Notes under the pieces: generated by a model | Seen by the model: only the letters and a program-made list of their open reading frames with translations | Told to the model about the DNA's origin: nothing | Database searches by the model: none | Assembly: GCA_964431625.1 (NCBI GenBank) | Contig: CAYSJT010000002.1 | Coordinates: forward strand, 1-36,085 | Direction: 5' to 3' | DNA length: 36,085 nt | Source: an uncultured Gammaproteobacteria bacterium | Lineage (GTDB): Bacteria > Patescibacteriota > Patescibacteriia > Patescibacteriales > UBA12465 | In this document: positions 23,639-32,357 of the stretch, piece after piece | How the letters are laid out: each line of letters opens with the position of its first letter | Numbering within the stretch: position 1 is the stretch's first letter | Made by a program: the position numbers and the translations under genes

Positions 23639-25231
23639 ATGTTGGATTTTTTCAAAAAGATAAAATTTATCTATTTTTTCTGGTTTTTTTTCTACCTTTT
23701 TATTCTTTTCCTGCTCTGGCGGGGGGCGGCCAGCTACCTTGATCCAGATTTCGGCTGGCATTTGTCCGTCGGCCAGGAGATAGCCGTCTCTGGCCAAGTT
23801 CCCGGGGCTAATCATTATAACTATACATATACCGGGAATTGGGTTGATCATGAATGGCTTAGTAATTTAATTATCGCTAACATTTACGAAGTTTTTGGCT
23901 ATCAGGGCCTTATTTTCCTTTTTTCCTTGCTGGTTGTTTTAGCGCTTATCTGGCTGAACTTATTATTCCGTTTCATTGCTGGAAGGAACAGCCCAGAAAT
24001 ACTAATCGCCGTCCTGCAGGTTTTCGGCTTAATGGCGGCTTGGCCCCATTTCGGCGTCAGAGTACAGCAAGTCGCCCTTCTTTTTCTTCTTGGCTTACTG
24101 ATTATTCTATATTTTTACGACCAAAGCCGCCGTTGGATCTGGCTTTTGCCCCTGCCTCTTCTGTTTTATTTTTGGGCCAATCTTCACGCCAGCTTTTTGA
24201 TGGGTTTGGCCGTCCTGCTTTTTTGGCTGGGAGTCAAGGGGGCTGTTTGGCTATTTGCTAAGACCAGGCTATCTTTCAGGTTGGCTGATCAGATTATTTC
24301 TCGGCGCCAAGTTTTGGCGGTCTCAGTTTTCTTCGCCTTATCTCTGGCCGCGACATTATTTACTCCATATCGCCTTGAGCTGTATGCCTTTTTAAGCGAT
24401 TATGGCAATACAGTTTACCAGTCCTATATCATGGAATGGCTTTCCCAGTTCAGCTACCCCTTCTATTATTGGCAGCTCCTTTATCTCGCCTTTGTCGGTA
24501 CGGCTATTTTCTTGTCTCTGTATTTTGCTTTCGGCCGGGAGAAAAAGCCGCTCAATTTTTGGCATCTGGCTTTAGCCGGGCTTTTCTTTTTGCTCAGCTT
24601 CCAATCCCGACGGCACTTTCCTTTACTTTTTGTGGCTTCTTTTCCTTTGTTCGCTTCGCTGGCGGCTAATTTTTCTTTATCGCATCGTCGGCATTTCAGT
24701 CACTGGCCGCTTTGGCTCAAGGGGTATTTAATTATTTGTCTAAGCGTTGCCAGCCTGCTTCAAATATATTTGATAGATTTTAGGCCGGATCCGCGCCGGG
24801 ATTTTTCTGACGACTATCCGGTAGCGGCTGCAGACTTTCTTTGCCGGGATAACTCCACTGCCGCAGGGAACTTGTTCAGCGAATACGTCTGGGGAGGCTA
24901 TCTTATCTGGACTTGCCCGCAAAGGCGGCTGTTTATAGATGGCCGATTGCCCCAAGTTCCTTATGCCGGCCATACTTTCCTGGAAGAATATCTGGAATTC
25001 CTTAAAAGCGATGCCGACTATCAGGCCAAGCTGGACCAATATGATATTTCTTTGGTGCTTATCAAATCGCCCCAGCCGGATTTAAAGGCGAAGCCTTGGG
25101 AAAAGCTTCTTTTTCAGGTGACTGACGCTGATTTGAGCCAGCGCAGCCATTTCAGGGAGTATTTGGAAATGTCTCCGGCTTGGAGCCGTTTATATTCTGA
25201 TGATACCGCCGTAATTTATTCCCGACAGTAG
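23639..25231 (+). CDS. Polytopic membrane protein with a C-terminal extracytoplasmic domain; GT-C-fold glycosyltransferase-like
   Basis: About 530 aa with 11 or more TM helices. An acidic motif lies in the first external loop (YLDPDFGWHL, then WVDHEW). The soluble C-terminal part is about 150 aa (YVWGGYLIW...RLFIDGR). It is immediately followed by a polyprenyl-phosphate-type GT2. Family call is by eye only. Confidence 0.5.
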   Translation: MLDFFKKIKFIYFFWFFFYLFILFLLWRGAASYLDPDFGWHLSVGQEIAVSGQVPGANHYNYTYTGNWVDHEWLSNLIIANIYEVFGYQGLIFLFSLLVVLALIWLNLLFRFIAGRNSPEILIAVLQVFGLMAAWPHFGVRVQQVALLFLLGLLIILYFYDQSRRWIWLLPLPLLFYFWANLHASFLMGLAVLLFWLGVKGAVWLFAKTRLSFRLADQIISRRQVLAVSVFFALSLAATLFTPYRLELYAFLSDYGNTVYQSYIMEWLSQFSYPFYYWQLLYLAFVGTAIFLSLYFAFGREKKPLNFWHLALAGLFFLLSFQSRRHFPLLFVASFPLFASLAANFSLSHRRHFSHWPLWLKGYLIICLSVASLLQIYLIDFRPDPRRDFSDDYPVAAADFLCRDNSTAAGNLFSEYVWGGYLIWTCPQRRLFIDGRLPQVPYAGHTFLEEYLEFLKSDADYQAKLDQYDISLVLIKSPQPDLKAKPWEKLLFQVTDADLSQRSHFREYLEMSPAWSRLYSDDTAVIYSRQ

Positions 25232-25233
25232 TT

Positions 25234-25968
25234 ATGCGCATAGATTTCTGTCTGCCAATTAAAGATGAAGAAATTATTTTAGCGGCTAATGTTTCTGAGC
25301 TGCGCTCTTTTCTGCGCGACAATTTTTCCGGCCTGGATTGGCGTTTGGTTTTGCTGGTTAACGGTTCTTCCGACCGATCCGGGGAAATAGCCAGAGAATT
25401 CGCCGCTCGTTATCCGGAGAAGATAATTAGCTCTGAATTGGCCGAGGGCGGCAAGGGAAGGGCTTTAAAAGCCTGGTTTTCCTCCAGCCCGGTCGACATT
25501 CTTGTCTTTATGGACGCCGATCTGGCCACTTCCTTAGATTGCCTGCCAAGTCTTTTAGCTCCGATTATTGCCGGCCGAGCTGACGTGGTTGTCGGCTCCC
25601 GCCTTTTGCCCGGCTCCCAGACCAACCGACGCTATTGGCGCAGCCTGGTATCTCATGCCTATAATTTAATTTCCCGCCTAGTTCTTGGCCATAGTTTTTC
25701 CGACCTACAATGCGGCTTCAAGGCCTTCAAGGCAGCCGCTTTTAATCGCATTGCCCCCTTCTGCCAGGATGACAAGTGGTTCTTTGATACTGAGTGGTTG
25801 ATGATCTTACGCGCTTCGGGGGCCAAGATAGAGGAGTTGGCGATAAGCTGGCGGGATGACCGCCAGCAAAATCGACCCAGCCAGGTTAAGGTGGCCAGAG
25901 ACACTTGGCGCTTCCTGGTTCAGCTTTTTCGCTTGCGCCGCCGCCTGAAACATTTAAGAATCAATTAG
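25234..25968 (+). CDS. GT2 polyprenyl-phosphate glycosyltransferase (GtrB / ArnC / DPM1-like)
   Basis: 244 aa. LVNGSSDRSGEIAREFAARYPEKI, GKGRALK, VFMDADLATS (DxD) and VVVGSRLLPGS resemble dolichyl/undecaprenyl-phosphate sugar synthases. Confidence 0.75.
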   Translation: MRIDFCLPIKDEEIILAANVSELRSFLRDNFSGLDWRLVLLVNGSSDRSGEIAREFAARYPEKIISSELAEGGKGRALKAWFSSSPVDILVFMDADLATSLDCLPSLLAPIIAGRADVVVGSRLLPGSQTNRRYWRSLVSHAYNLISRLVLGHSFSDLQCGFKAFKAAAFNRIAPFCQDDKWFFDTEWLMILRASGAKIEELAISWRDDRQQNRPSQVKVARDTWRFLVQLFRLRRRLKHLRIN

Positions 25969-25991
25969 GGATATCAAATAGGGATATCAAA
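25966..25991. repeat. Perfect tandem duplication of a 13-mer (TAGGGATATCAAA x2)
   Basis: 25966-25978 and 25979-25991 are identical. The first copy starts with the TAG stop of the GT2 gene, and each copy contains the palindrome GATATC. Confidence 0.9.
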
Positions 25992-26017
25992 AAAGCCCCC
26001 GACCGGGGGCTTTTGTT
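25989..26017. terminator. Bidirectional hairpin terminator
   Basis: A-tract, GCCCCC (25995-26000), loop GACC, GGGGGC (26005-26010), then TTTTGTT. Confidence 0.8.
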
Positions 26018-26402
26018 AAGGCAGATATTTGCGCTTTTCTTTTTCCGCTTCCAGCTCTTTTTTTTGAATCGGTATTTTACGCAGGCCTTTAAGGATGAAT
26101 CCGAGCCAGACAAGCAGGCCGATTACCCAGAGGCCAATCCAGAAGCGGGCGGACAGGAAGGGGACAGCCTCGTAATTGAGGCCGATGATTACCAGGCCGA
26201 TAATGAAGTTGCCCAAAGAGAAGCTATATAGACGATTTAGCAGGCCGCGGTATATGCCGGCTTTTTTCTTAACTATGGCCAAAGCGATGGTCAGCAAAAA
26301 GAGAAGGGCGAGCAAGCCCCAAAAGACATAAAAACCGAGGGAGCTTAGCGACTCCGGCTTGAGGGCGAACCAGTATTTCCAGGTGAGGAGATTTTGGAAC
26401 AT
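26016..26402 (-). CDS. Small polytopic membrane protein (3-4 TM), function unknown
   Basis: 128 aa, hydrophobic helices plus a basic C-terminal tail (KKELEAEKEKRKYLP). It is the last gene of a tightly packed minus-strand operon. Confidence 0.6.
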   Translation of the reverse strand: MFQNLLTWKYWFALKPESLSSLGFYVFWGLLALLFLLTIALAIVKKKAGIYRGLLNRLYSFSLGNFIIGLVIIGLNYEAVPFLSARFWIGLWVIGLLVWLGFILKGLRKIPIQKKELEAEKEKRKYLP

Positions 26403-26404
26403 AT

Positions 26405-26956
26405 TTATATTTTGCTTAATATCAAGCCGTAATGATAAGGGCCGGCTTCAAACTCTTCTTTTATTTGGAGGCCAACTTTGGGAGCGGCCGATTTCAGAGA
26501 ATCTAATTTGACGCGACGCTCCGGCTCTGGCCCTAGGGGCAGATCAGAGCCCTTCCAGTCTATAATAAGCAGTTTTCCTCCCCGTTTGAGCAGTCGTATG
26601 GACTCTCTGATTATTTCTAGGCGCTTATCTGATTGGTGCAAAACGTTTATCAAGAGAGCGTCATCCAGGCTATCTGTTTCTATTTGGGTAGCCTTGAAGA
26701 TTTCTAGATTGCTCCAGACCGTCGTTACCTGGGGCAGGTTTTCTTTGAGAGCCGTTCTTTTAATGTCTTCCAGGGTGGATTTAATAATGTCGACGGCATA
26801 GACCCGGCCTTGGCGGCCGACCAGCTTGGCCAGCGGGAAGACGAAGAAGCCAAAGTTGCCGCAGCCAAGCTCGGCTACCTGCTGCCTTTCCTCGATGCCC
26901 ATTTTACCTAGAATTACCGGAATGTCAAATAGGCGGCTTGTCTTTATTCCATTCAT
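26405..26956 (-). CDS. Class I SAM-dependent methyltransferase
   Basis: Motif I VAELGCGNFGFF, then RVYAVDI, and post-I/II motifs ending in LKRGGKLLIIDW. Confidence 0.75.
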   Translation of the reverse strand: MNGIKTSRLFDIPVILGKMGIEERQQVAELGCGNFGFFVFPLAKLVGRQGRVYAVDIIKSTLEDIKRTALKENLPQVTTVWSNLEIFKATQIETDSLDDALLINVLHQSDKRLEIIRESIRLLKRGGKLLIIDWKGSDLPLGPEPERRVKLDSLKSAAPKVGLQIKEEFEAGPYHYGLILSKI

Positions 26957-26960
26957 AGGC

Positions 26961-27620
26961 TTAATTGACTAATATTTGCCGGTTGATAATTTTTTCCCGA
27001 CTGTATTTCTTTTTTGACGTTATTGTAATTTCATTCATTCCCCGCTTGAGATTGACAATCTGGGTAAAGATGCCGTCGTGGTTATTGAGGACGAGTTCGC
27101 CGTTTATCCTGACTTCCGCCTCTTTGTCCGTCTGGCCCTCGATGATGAAAGTCAGAGAGCTGGTGGCCAGGTTTCCGGCCGGGCTGGAAATTTCCAATTC
27201 CGGCGGAGAAATAATTTTTTTGAAATAGAAAGACAGGTATAACAGGCAAAAGACAATGGCTAGGACGGCGATAAGATTGCGGAATATTTTAGGCAGGACC
27301 AGGAATTGCTTTTGACTAATAACTTTTTGGGAAAAAGGGTCGGTGTCTTTATTGGCTGAGAGCTTAGCCTCAATCGCACTTAGCATCTCCTTGTCTTTTA
27401 TCCCCAAAAAAGATGCATATTCCCTGAAAAAGTTTTTGCCGTATAAACCGGCCGGCAATTGCTCCAATCTTTCCTCTTCCAGGCAAACTAAGTATTCTTG
27501 CCGGATATGCAGGCGGCGGGAGGCCTCTTCCAGGCGAATATTCTTGGCTAACCTGGCTTGGCGGAGCTTTTCGCCCCAGCTTTCCTTGGGATATATTCGT
27601 TTGGGGACGAAAGCGCTCAT
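26961..27620 (-). CDS. RodZ-like protein: N-terminal HTH, single TM, C-terminal beta domain
   Basis: GEKLRQARLAKNIRLEEASRRLHIRQEYLVCLEEERLEQLP is an XRE/RodZ-type HTH. It is followed by the TM helix LIAVLAIVFCLLYLSFYF. Confidence 0.65.
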   Translation of the reverse strand: MSAFVPKRIYPKESWGEKLRQARLAKNIRLEEASRRLHIRQEYLVCLEEERLEQLPAGLYGKNFFREYASFLGIKDKEMLSAIEAKLSANKDTDPFSQKVISQKQFLVLPKIFRNLIAVLAIVFCLLYLSFYFKKIISPPELEISSPAGNLATSSLTFIIEGQTDKEAEVRINGELVLNNHDGIFTQIVNLKRGMNEITITSKKKYSREKIINRQILVN

Positions 27621-27625
27621 CCTTT

Positions 27626-28069
27626 CTAGACTGATTTAAGGGTCATCTCCTTTACCACCCTGGGGACGGCTATTTTACCATTCCAATCTAGGCCCATGGA
27701 GCGGAGGACAAAGCGGATTATCAGGTAGCTGGCAAAGACGATTATCAGGCCGATGATGGCGGCGACAATTATTTTCCTGGCTTGGGAAATCTTTTCGCTG
27801 CTGCCGGCGGAGAGCATGAAAGAAAGCCCGCCGTAGATGAACATGACTAGGGCCAGGGAGCCGACGACTCCGAGTATCCACTGAGAAACATTTACCGCCA
27901 GCTCGACGAAGTCATTGACTTCATAATTGCCGCAGTTGCCGCTGTACCCCTCCGGGCAGTATCCGGCGCTATTATTGCTTTCGGGGATAATCTGGCCTTG
28001 AGCCAGGACGGACGGGGAAGAGAGAAGAAGGCAGGCCAGGAAGCTAAAGACGATGATAACTTTTTTCAT
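27626..28069 (-). CDS. Pilin-like paralogue P7 (diverged, remote from the array)
   Basis: 147 aa. Signal peptide ends VLA|Q. The variable segment contains Cys (AGYCPEGYSGNCGNY). Core is GGLSFMLSAGSSEKISQARKIIVAAIIGLIIVFASYLI, with a longer C-terminal tail. Confidence 0.7.
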   Translation of the reverse strand: MKKVIIVFSFLACLLLSSPSVLAQGQIIPESNNSAGYCPEGYSGNCGNYEVNDFVELAVNVSQWILGVVGSLALVMFIYGGLSFMLSAGSSEKISQARKIIVAAIIGLIIVFASYLIIRFVLRSMGLDWNGKIAVPRVVKEMTLKSV

Positions 28070-28073
28070 AAGC

Positions 28074-29453
28074 TTAATTTATTGTCTGTTGGACTTTGGC
28101 GGCCGCATTATTAATAATTCCGCTTAACTTGTCACTGGTGGCGGTTATGGCCGCGTCAATCATTTCTTTTATGGCCATTTCAGCGGCGTTGGCATCTCGG
28201 CCTTTGTACCAGCTTTTGGCAGTGAGCACTTGATCGGCGAATACCCCCACTTTGTCGTCCTCTCTCTGGCTGGAGACCAGAGAGCGCAGGGCGGTCGGCC
28301 GATTGGTTTTTTCCAAGTAGCTTTTAGCCTGTTCTTCCTGGGTGATAAACTGGATGAAATCCCAAGCTTCGTTAGCATGCTGGCTTTTTTTAGAGACCAC
28401 CTCCACCCAGTAGTTGGCGAAGTTAATATTAGTCGGCGGCGTGCCTTCTATTTGAGGCAGCTTGGCAATTGAAAAGTTGAGTTTCGGCGCCAGAGATTCT
28501 ATGCTGGCGCGGTGATATGAGTAGCCGAAGAAGATGGCCAGGTTGCCGCTGGTGAACATTTCCAGGGAATTGGGCAAAGAGTTGTTCCAGGCATAGGCTT
28601 CTTTGCTCGGATTGGCAAAGTCGGCGTAGAAGCGCAAGGCTTCCAGGCCGGGGTTGTAGCCGCTGGATTTAGCGAATTCCGGCACTTGGTTGAAAACAAC
28701 CTGGCCGGCGTCATTTATCATCACGGCTCCGTTTTGCATCATGAGAATGGAGAGGATATCGCTGAAGCGCTCGATATTAGCGCTGCCTCCCAGCCCGGCC
28801 CCGGATTGAACCACGCCCTGTTTGGGGTCTTGCTTAGTCATTTTTTTGACTGCCTGAAGAAACTCTTTATTCCAATATCGGGGCGCCTGGGTGATACCGG
28901 CGTTATTAAAGAGATCCTTGTTATAGTATATAGCCAAGGTATCGACTGACAGAGGCAGCCCGTATATTTGCCCGTCGTCTAAGACAACATCATGGCTGAC
29001 CACATCAACAAACTTGTCCTTTAATTGGCTGACAGTCAAGCTTTTACTGGTTCTTAATTCAGTAGTCGCTTCTTTTTTAATCGTTCCCTTGATTACCGGA
29101 TAGGCCATGGTTGTGCTTTCCGGCAAGGGAGCTAACTTTGATTGGTATTTAACCAGCCAGGTATTATGGATGGAAAAAATATCCGGCCCCCGGTCTTCGG
29201 CCATGGCGTTGAGCAAGGCGCTTTCGTATTCTTCATAGCGCAACTTGCGGTATTCAATGGTGATGAAAGGATGGAGCGCCTTATAGCGGCTGAGGATTTC
29301 CTCGAAGGCGTCCGGCCCGTCAAAGACCCGCCAGTAGGTGAGAGTAATGGGCTGCATGGCTTCTTTAGTCTCCTTGTTGGTGAGCTTGCAGCCAAAGCCA
29401 GAAGTGAGCAGAAAGATGGAAATCAGGGCGAGGAAGGCGATTTTTTTGGACAT
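28074..29453 (-). CDS. ABC-transporter family-1 (sugar-type) substrate-binding lipoprotein
   Basis: 459 aa. Has a lipobox LTSGFG|C after the signal peptide, and an SBP_bac_1-like body (ITLTYWRVFDG..., LAIYYNKDLF...). Confidence 0.8.
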   Translation of the reverse strand: MSKKIAFLALISIFLLTSGFGCKLTNKETKEAMQPITLTYWRVFDGPDAFEEILSRYKALHPFITIEYRKLRYEEYESALLNAMAEDRGPDIFSIHNTWLVKYQSKLAPLPESTTMAYPVIKGTIKKEATTELRTSKSLTVSQLKDKFVDVVSHDVVLDDGQIYGLPLSVDTLAIYYNKDLFNNAGITQAPRYWNKEFLQAVKKMTKQDPKQGVVQSGAGLGGSANIERFSDILSILMMQNGAVMINDAGQVVFNQVPEFAKSSGYNPGLEALRFYADFANPSKEAYAWNNSLPNSLEMFTSGNLAIFFGYSYHRASIESLAPKLNFSIAKLPQIEGTPPTNINFANYWVEVVSKKSQHANEAWDFIQFITQEEQAKSYLEKTNRPTALRSLVSSQREDDKVGVFADQVLTAKSWYKGRDANAAEMAIKEMIDAAITATSDKLSGIINNAAAKVQQTIN

Positions 29454-29478
29454 AGTTTTTTATCTTAAGTCTGCCTTT

Positions 29479-29507
29479 ATTATACCAAAAACAGCTAGGA
29501 TTTTCCA
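29479..29507 (-). promoter_or_regulatory. Candidate promoter of the SBP / P7 / RodZ-like operon
   Basis: On the minus strand: TGGAAA (29507-29502), 17 nt, extended -10 TGgTATAAT (29487-29479). Confidence 0.45.
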
Positions 29508-29513
29508 TCGCCT

Positions 29514-29540
29514 ATATAAAAACTCCCCCGCAAGGGGGAG
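29514..29540 (-). terminator. Terminator after the SMC-like gene
   Basis: CTCCCCC (29523-29529), GCAA loop, GGGGGAG (29534-29540). On the minus strand it is followed by TTTTTATATA. Confidence 0.7.
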
Positions 29541-29549
29541 CAAGTTAAG

Positions 29550-32276
29550 TTATTTCTTCAAATCATCAAGCTTGACGCTGAGCAATTGGCTGACTCCGTC
29601 CGCCCCCATCGTGACGCCGTAGAGGATGCTGGCCTTGCGCATTGACGCCCGGTTATGGGTGATGACGATGAACTGGGTGCGGTCGGAAAGGTCGTCAAGA
29701 ATCTGGGCCAAGCGTTCTGAGTTGGATTCGTCTAGGGCGGCATCGACTTCGTCTAAAACCACGAAAGGCGAAGGATTGGCGCTGATGATGGCGCAGATTA
29801 GGGCAATGGCCGTGAGAGCTCTTTCGCCGCCTGAGAGCATGGTGACAGCCTGAATTTTTTTGCCGGGGGGCGTCGCTTGGATTTCTATCCCGGCTAGGCC
29901 GACGGCATTGTGTTTTTTTAGGAAGCGGATTTTTTTCAGCTTGTCGTCGACTTCTTTCTTCTGGGCTGCTTCCTGGGGGCTGAGCCCGGCGTTTTCTCCC
30001 GCTCCGGCTGAAATGTTTTTTTCCTCCTCCTCTTTCTCCAGGTCAGCAATCATCACCTTGCTGATTTTCGCCTGGCCGCCGTTGAAGAGAATCTGAAAAT
30101 ATTCGTTGAATTTTTCAGAAATGACTTTGAATTCCCGGTCAAAGCGGCTCTTGATGCTCAGGTCGAGCTCATATATCACCTCTTCCAGGGACTTAATAGC
30201 CCCGTTTAGATCATTGAGCTGATGGCTTAAGAAGTCGTATCTTTCCTTAGTTTCTTGGTATTCTTTTTCGGTTTCCGGGTCTATGCCGCCTATTTGGTCC
30301 AGCTGGTTCTTGCAATCTTGGATCTTTCTTTGGGCCCTTTCCGGGTCGAAATCCTCTTTTTGCGGGGAATAGGCGGTGACTTCATTGAGATCAAGCTGAT
30401 CATTCCTGATATTCTTTTCCAGGTCTTCCAATCTCGTTTCTTCCCGGGCGGAACGGATTTTAAGTTCGCTTAACTCCGTGTTAGTCGAATTAAGCTCTTC
30501 TTGCAAGGCTTGAAGCTGGCGCTGGCAGCTGAAAATTTGTTCTTTTTCTTTATCCTTAGCGTCGTCTAAGTCAGCTAATTCTTTTTCTAGGCTAAGCGCC
30601 TGTTTGTCTATCTGGGCGAGTTTGGCGTCCAGGGCTTCTTTAGTGTCCTTGGCTTTTGAACCGGCTTCAGGCAGGGATTGCTGTTTAATTTTAGCGCTAA
30701 TGCCTTCTAATTCCGCCTCTAATTTGGCTTTTTCCTGACGCTTAAGGTTGAGGCGCTCGCTTTGCGCCGAAGATTCCAGGCGATATTGGCTGAGCTGTTC
30801 GGCCAGAGATTGTTTTTTTTCACTGAGGCTGATTATTTCCGCTTGAATGTCCTTTATTTTTTCCAGTTTTTCCGCATCCTCAGCCGCCAGGAAGACCTTT
30901 ATCTTATCCTGGAATTCTTGTCTGGCCCTGGATAGCTCCGTTTTTATTTCGCCCACGTCTTCCAGCTGGGCAATGCTTTCCAGCCGGTTTAGAAAATCTT
31001 CTACGACTGACTTCATTTCCAGGCGCGCATTGTCCTGGCGGGAACTGACTGATATTTCTTGGCTGGCCCTTTCCAGTTCTTGCCTGAGCTTGGCCAGGGA
31101 TTGGTCTAAGGCCGCCATATCTTTGGCTAAGGCTTCGGCTTGGGGAGACGCAGACAGCTTTTCAGCGGCGGCCAATTCCTTGACCACCGTTTCCAGGGAT
31201 CGTTTGAGCTCAACCTCTTTGCCGCTTAACCAGGAAATATCAAATTGTCCCTTGGCCTCCCAGTCCAGCTCTAATTCAGCTTGGGTCTTGGCCAGCTCCT
31301 TGAGCAATTGGTTGCGGGAATTGTATAAGGCTTGGAGCTGGGGCTGGAGGCGGCTGATGGCCAAGCTGTTATCGGTGGTTTTGAGCTTGTCAAGTTCGCT
31401 TTCCAGCCGATCGTATTTTTTTTCTTTGTCTATCTTTGTTTTTTCCTGGCGAAGATAGCTTTCATTAGCTTCTTCCAGACGGCGATTTATTTCCTGCCAG
31501 CTGCGGCCATAGTATTCTAGTTGCCATGATTTTAGTTCAGATTCCAATTGGCTGCGGCGGTTAAGTCTTTCCACTTGGCGGGTGAGGCTGCGTAGGCGGG
31601 GCTTGATTTCCGTCAGAAGCATTTCCACCTGTTGGAGATTTTCGTAGCTGCCTTCCAGCTTGTTCAAGGCGGCATCGCGCTTTATTTGGAACTGTTTGAC
31701 CCCGGTCGCTTCGTCAAAGAAATCTTTCCTTTCAGCGGCTGAAGTGCTGAGAAAATTTTCTACCATGCCTTGGCCGATGACGCTATATGTCTTTTGGCCG
31801 AAGTTGGCCTTGGCTAGGAGCATTTGTATATCCGAGAGCCGCGCCCGGCTGTTATTGAGCAGATATTCGCTCTCGCCGCTGCGGTATATGCGGCGGGTGA
31901 TGACTATTTCTGAACAATCTTTAAGCAAACGGTCGAGGTCGCTTTCTGATTCCACGGCTGCGCCCTCATCTCCGCCTTTCTTGGCTCCTTTCCTTTCGTT
32001 ATTTAAATGAAGGGAGACTTCAGCTAGGCTGAGCTGGTGTTTCTGATCAGAGCCGGAGAAGATGACATCCTCGCTTTTCTTGCCGCGCAGAGTCTTGAGG
32101 CTCTGTTCGCCCAGCGCCCAGCGGATGGCATCGGCTACATTGGACTTGCCTGAGCCGTTTGGTCCGACGACCGCTGTCAGGCCGCGTTTGCCGCCCTCAA
32201 TCAAACCGGAAAAGACCAGTTTGTTCTTGTTGGCGAAAGATTTGAATCCTTGGATTTCTAGTTTCTCTAGATACAT
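29550..32276 (-). CDS. smc: SMC-family chromosome partition ATPase, short (908 aa), with no recognisable hinge domain
   Basis: N-terminal head MYLEKLEIQGFKSF...VVGPNGSGKSNVADAIRWALGE. C-terminal head LSGGERALTAIALICAI...VVLDEVDAALD...VITHN. Everything between is coiled-coil-like. The start is taken at ATG 32276. Confidence 0.85.
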   Translation of the reverse strand: MYLEKLEIQGFKSFANKNKLVFSGLIEGGKRGLTAVVGPNGSGKSNVADAIRWALGEQSLKTLRGKKSEDVIFSGSDQKHQLSLAEVSLHLNNERKGAKKGGDEGAAVESESDLDRLLKDCSEIVITRRIYRSGESEYLLNNSRARLSDIQMLLAKANFGQKTYSVIGQGMVENFLSTSAAERKDFFDEATGVKQFQIKRDAALNKLEGSYENLQQVEMLLTEIKPRLRSLTRQVERLNRRSQLESELKSWQLEYYGRSWQEINRRLEEANESYLRQEKTKIDKEKKYDRLESELDKLKTTDNSLAISRLQPQLQALYNSRNQLLKELAKTQAELELDWEAKGQFDISWLSGKEVELKRSLETVVKELAAAEKLSASPQAEALAKDMAALDQSLAKLRQELERASQEISVSSRQDNARLEMKSVVEDFLNRLESIAQLEDVGEIKTELSRARQEFQDKIKVFLAAEDAEKLEKIKDIQAEIISLSEKKQSLAEQLSQYRLESSAQSERLNLKRQEKAKLEAELEGISAKIKQQSLPEAGSKAKDTKEALDAKLAQIDKQALSLEKELADLDDAKDKEKEQIFSCQRQLQALQEELNSTNTELSELKIRSAREETRLEDLEKNIRNDQLDLNEVTAYSPQKEDFDPERAQRKIQDCKNQLDQIGGIDPETEKEYQETKERYDFLSHQLNDLNGAIKSLEEVIYELDLSIKSRFDREFKVISEKFNEYFQILFNGGQAKISKVMIADLEKEEEEKNISAGAGENAGLSPQEAAQKKEVDDKLKKIRFLKKHNAVGLAGIEIQATPPGKKIQAVTMLSGGERALTAIALICAIISANPSPFVVLDEVDAALDESNSERLAQILDDLSDRTQFIVITHNRASMRKASILYGVTMGADGVSQLLSVKLDDLKK

Positions 32277-32357
32277 AGTGATAAAGCAAAAAGGGCCGGG
32301 CCCAGTCGCTTCCATTATATGATAATTTATTGATTTTTAAAAGCCGGCTATGCTAAT

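Noticed and set aside
30847-31458. 203-aa Ser/Leu-rich plus-strand ORF, and other plus-strand ORFs inside 29550-32322
   Set aside because: They are the complement of the GAA/AAG/CTG/GCC-rich coiled-coil codons of the SMC-like gene. Low-complexity shadow ORFs like these are expected opposite coiled-coil genes.
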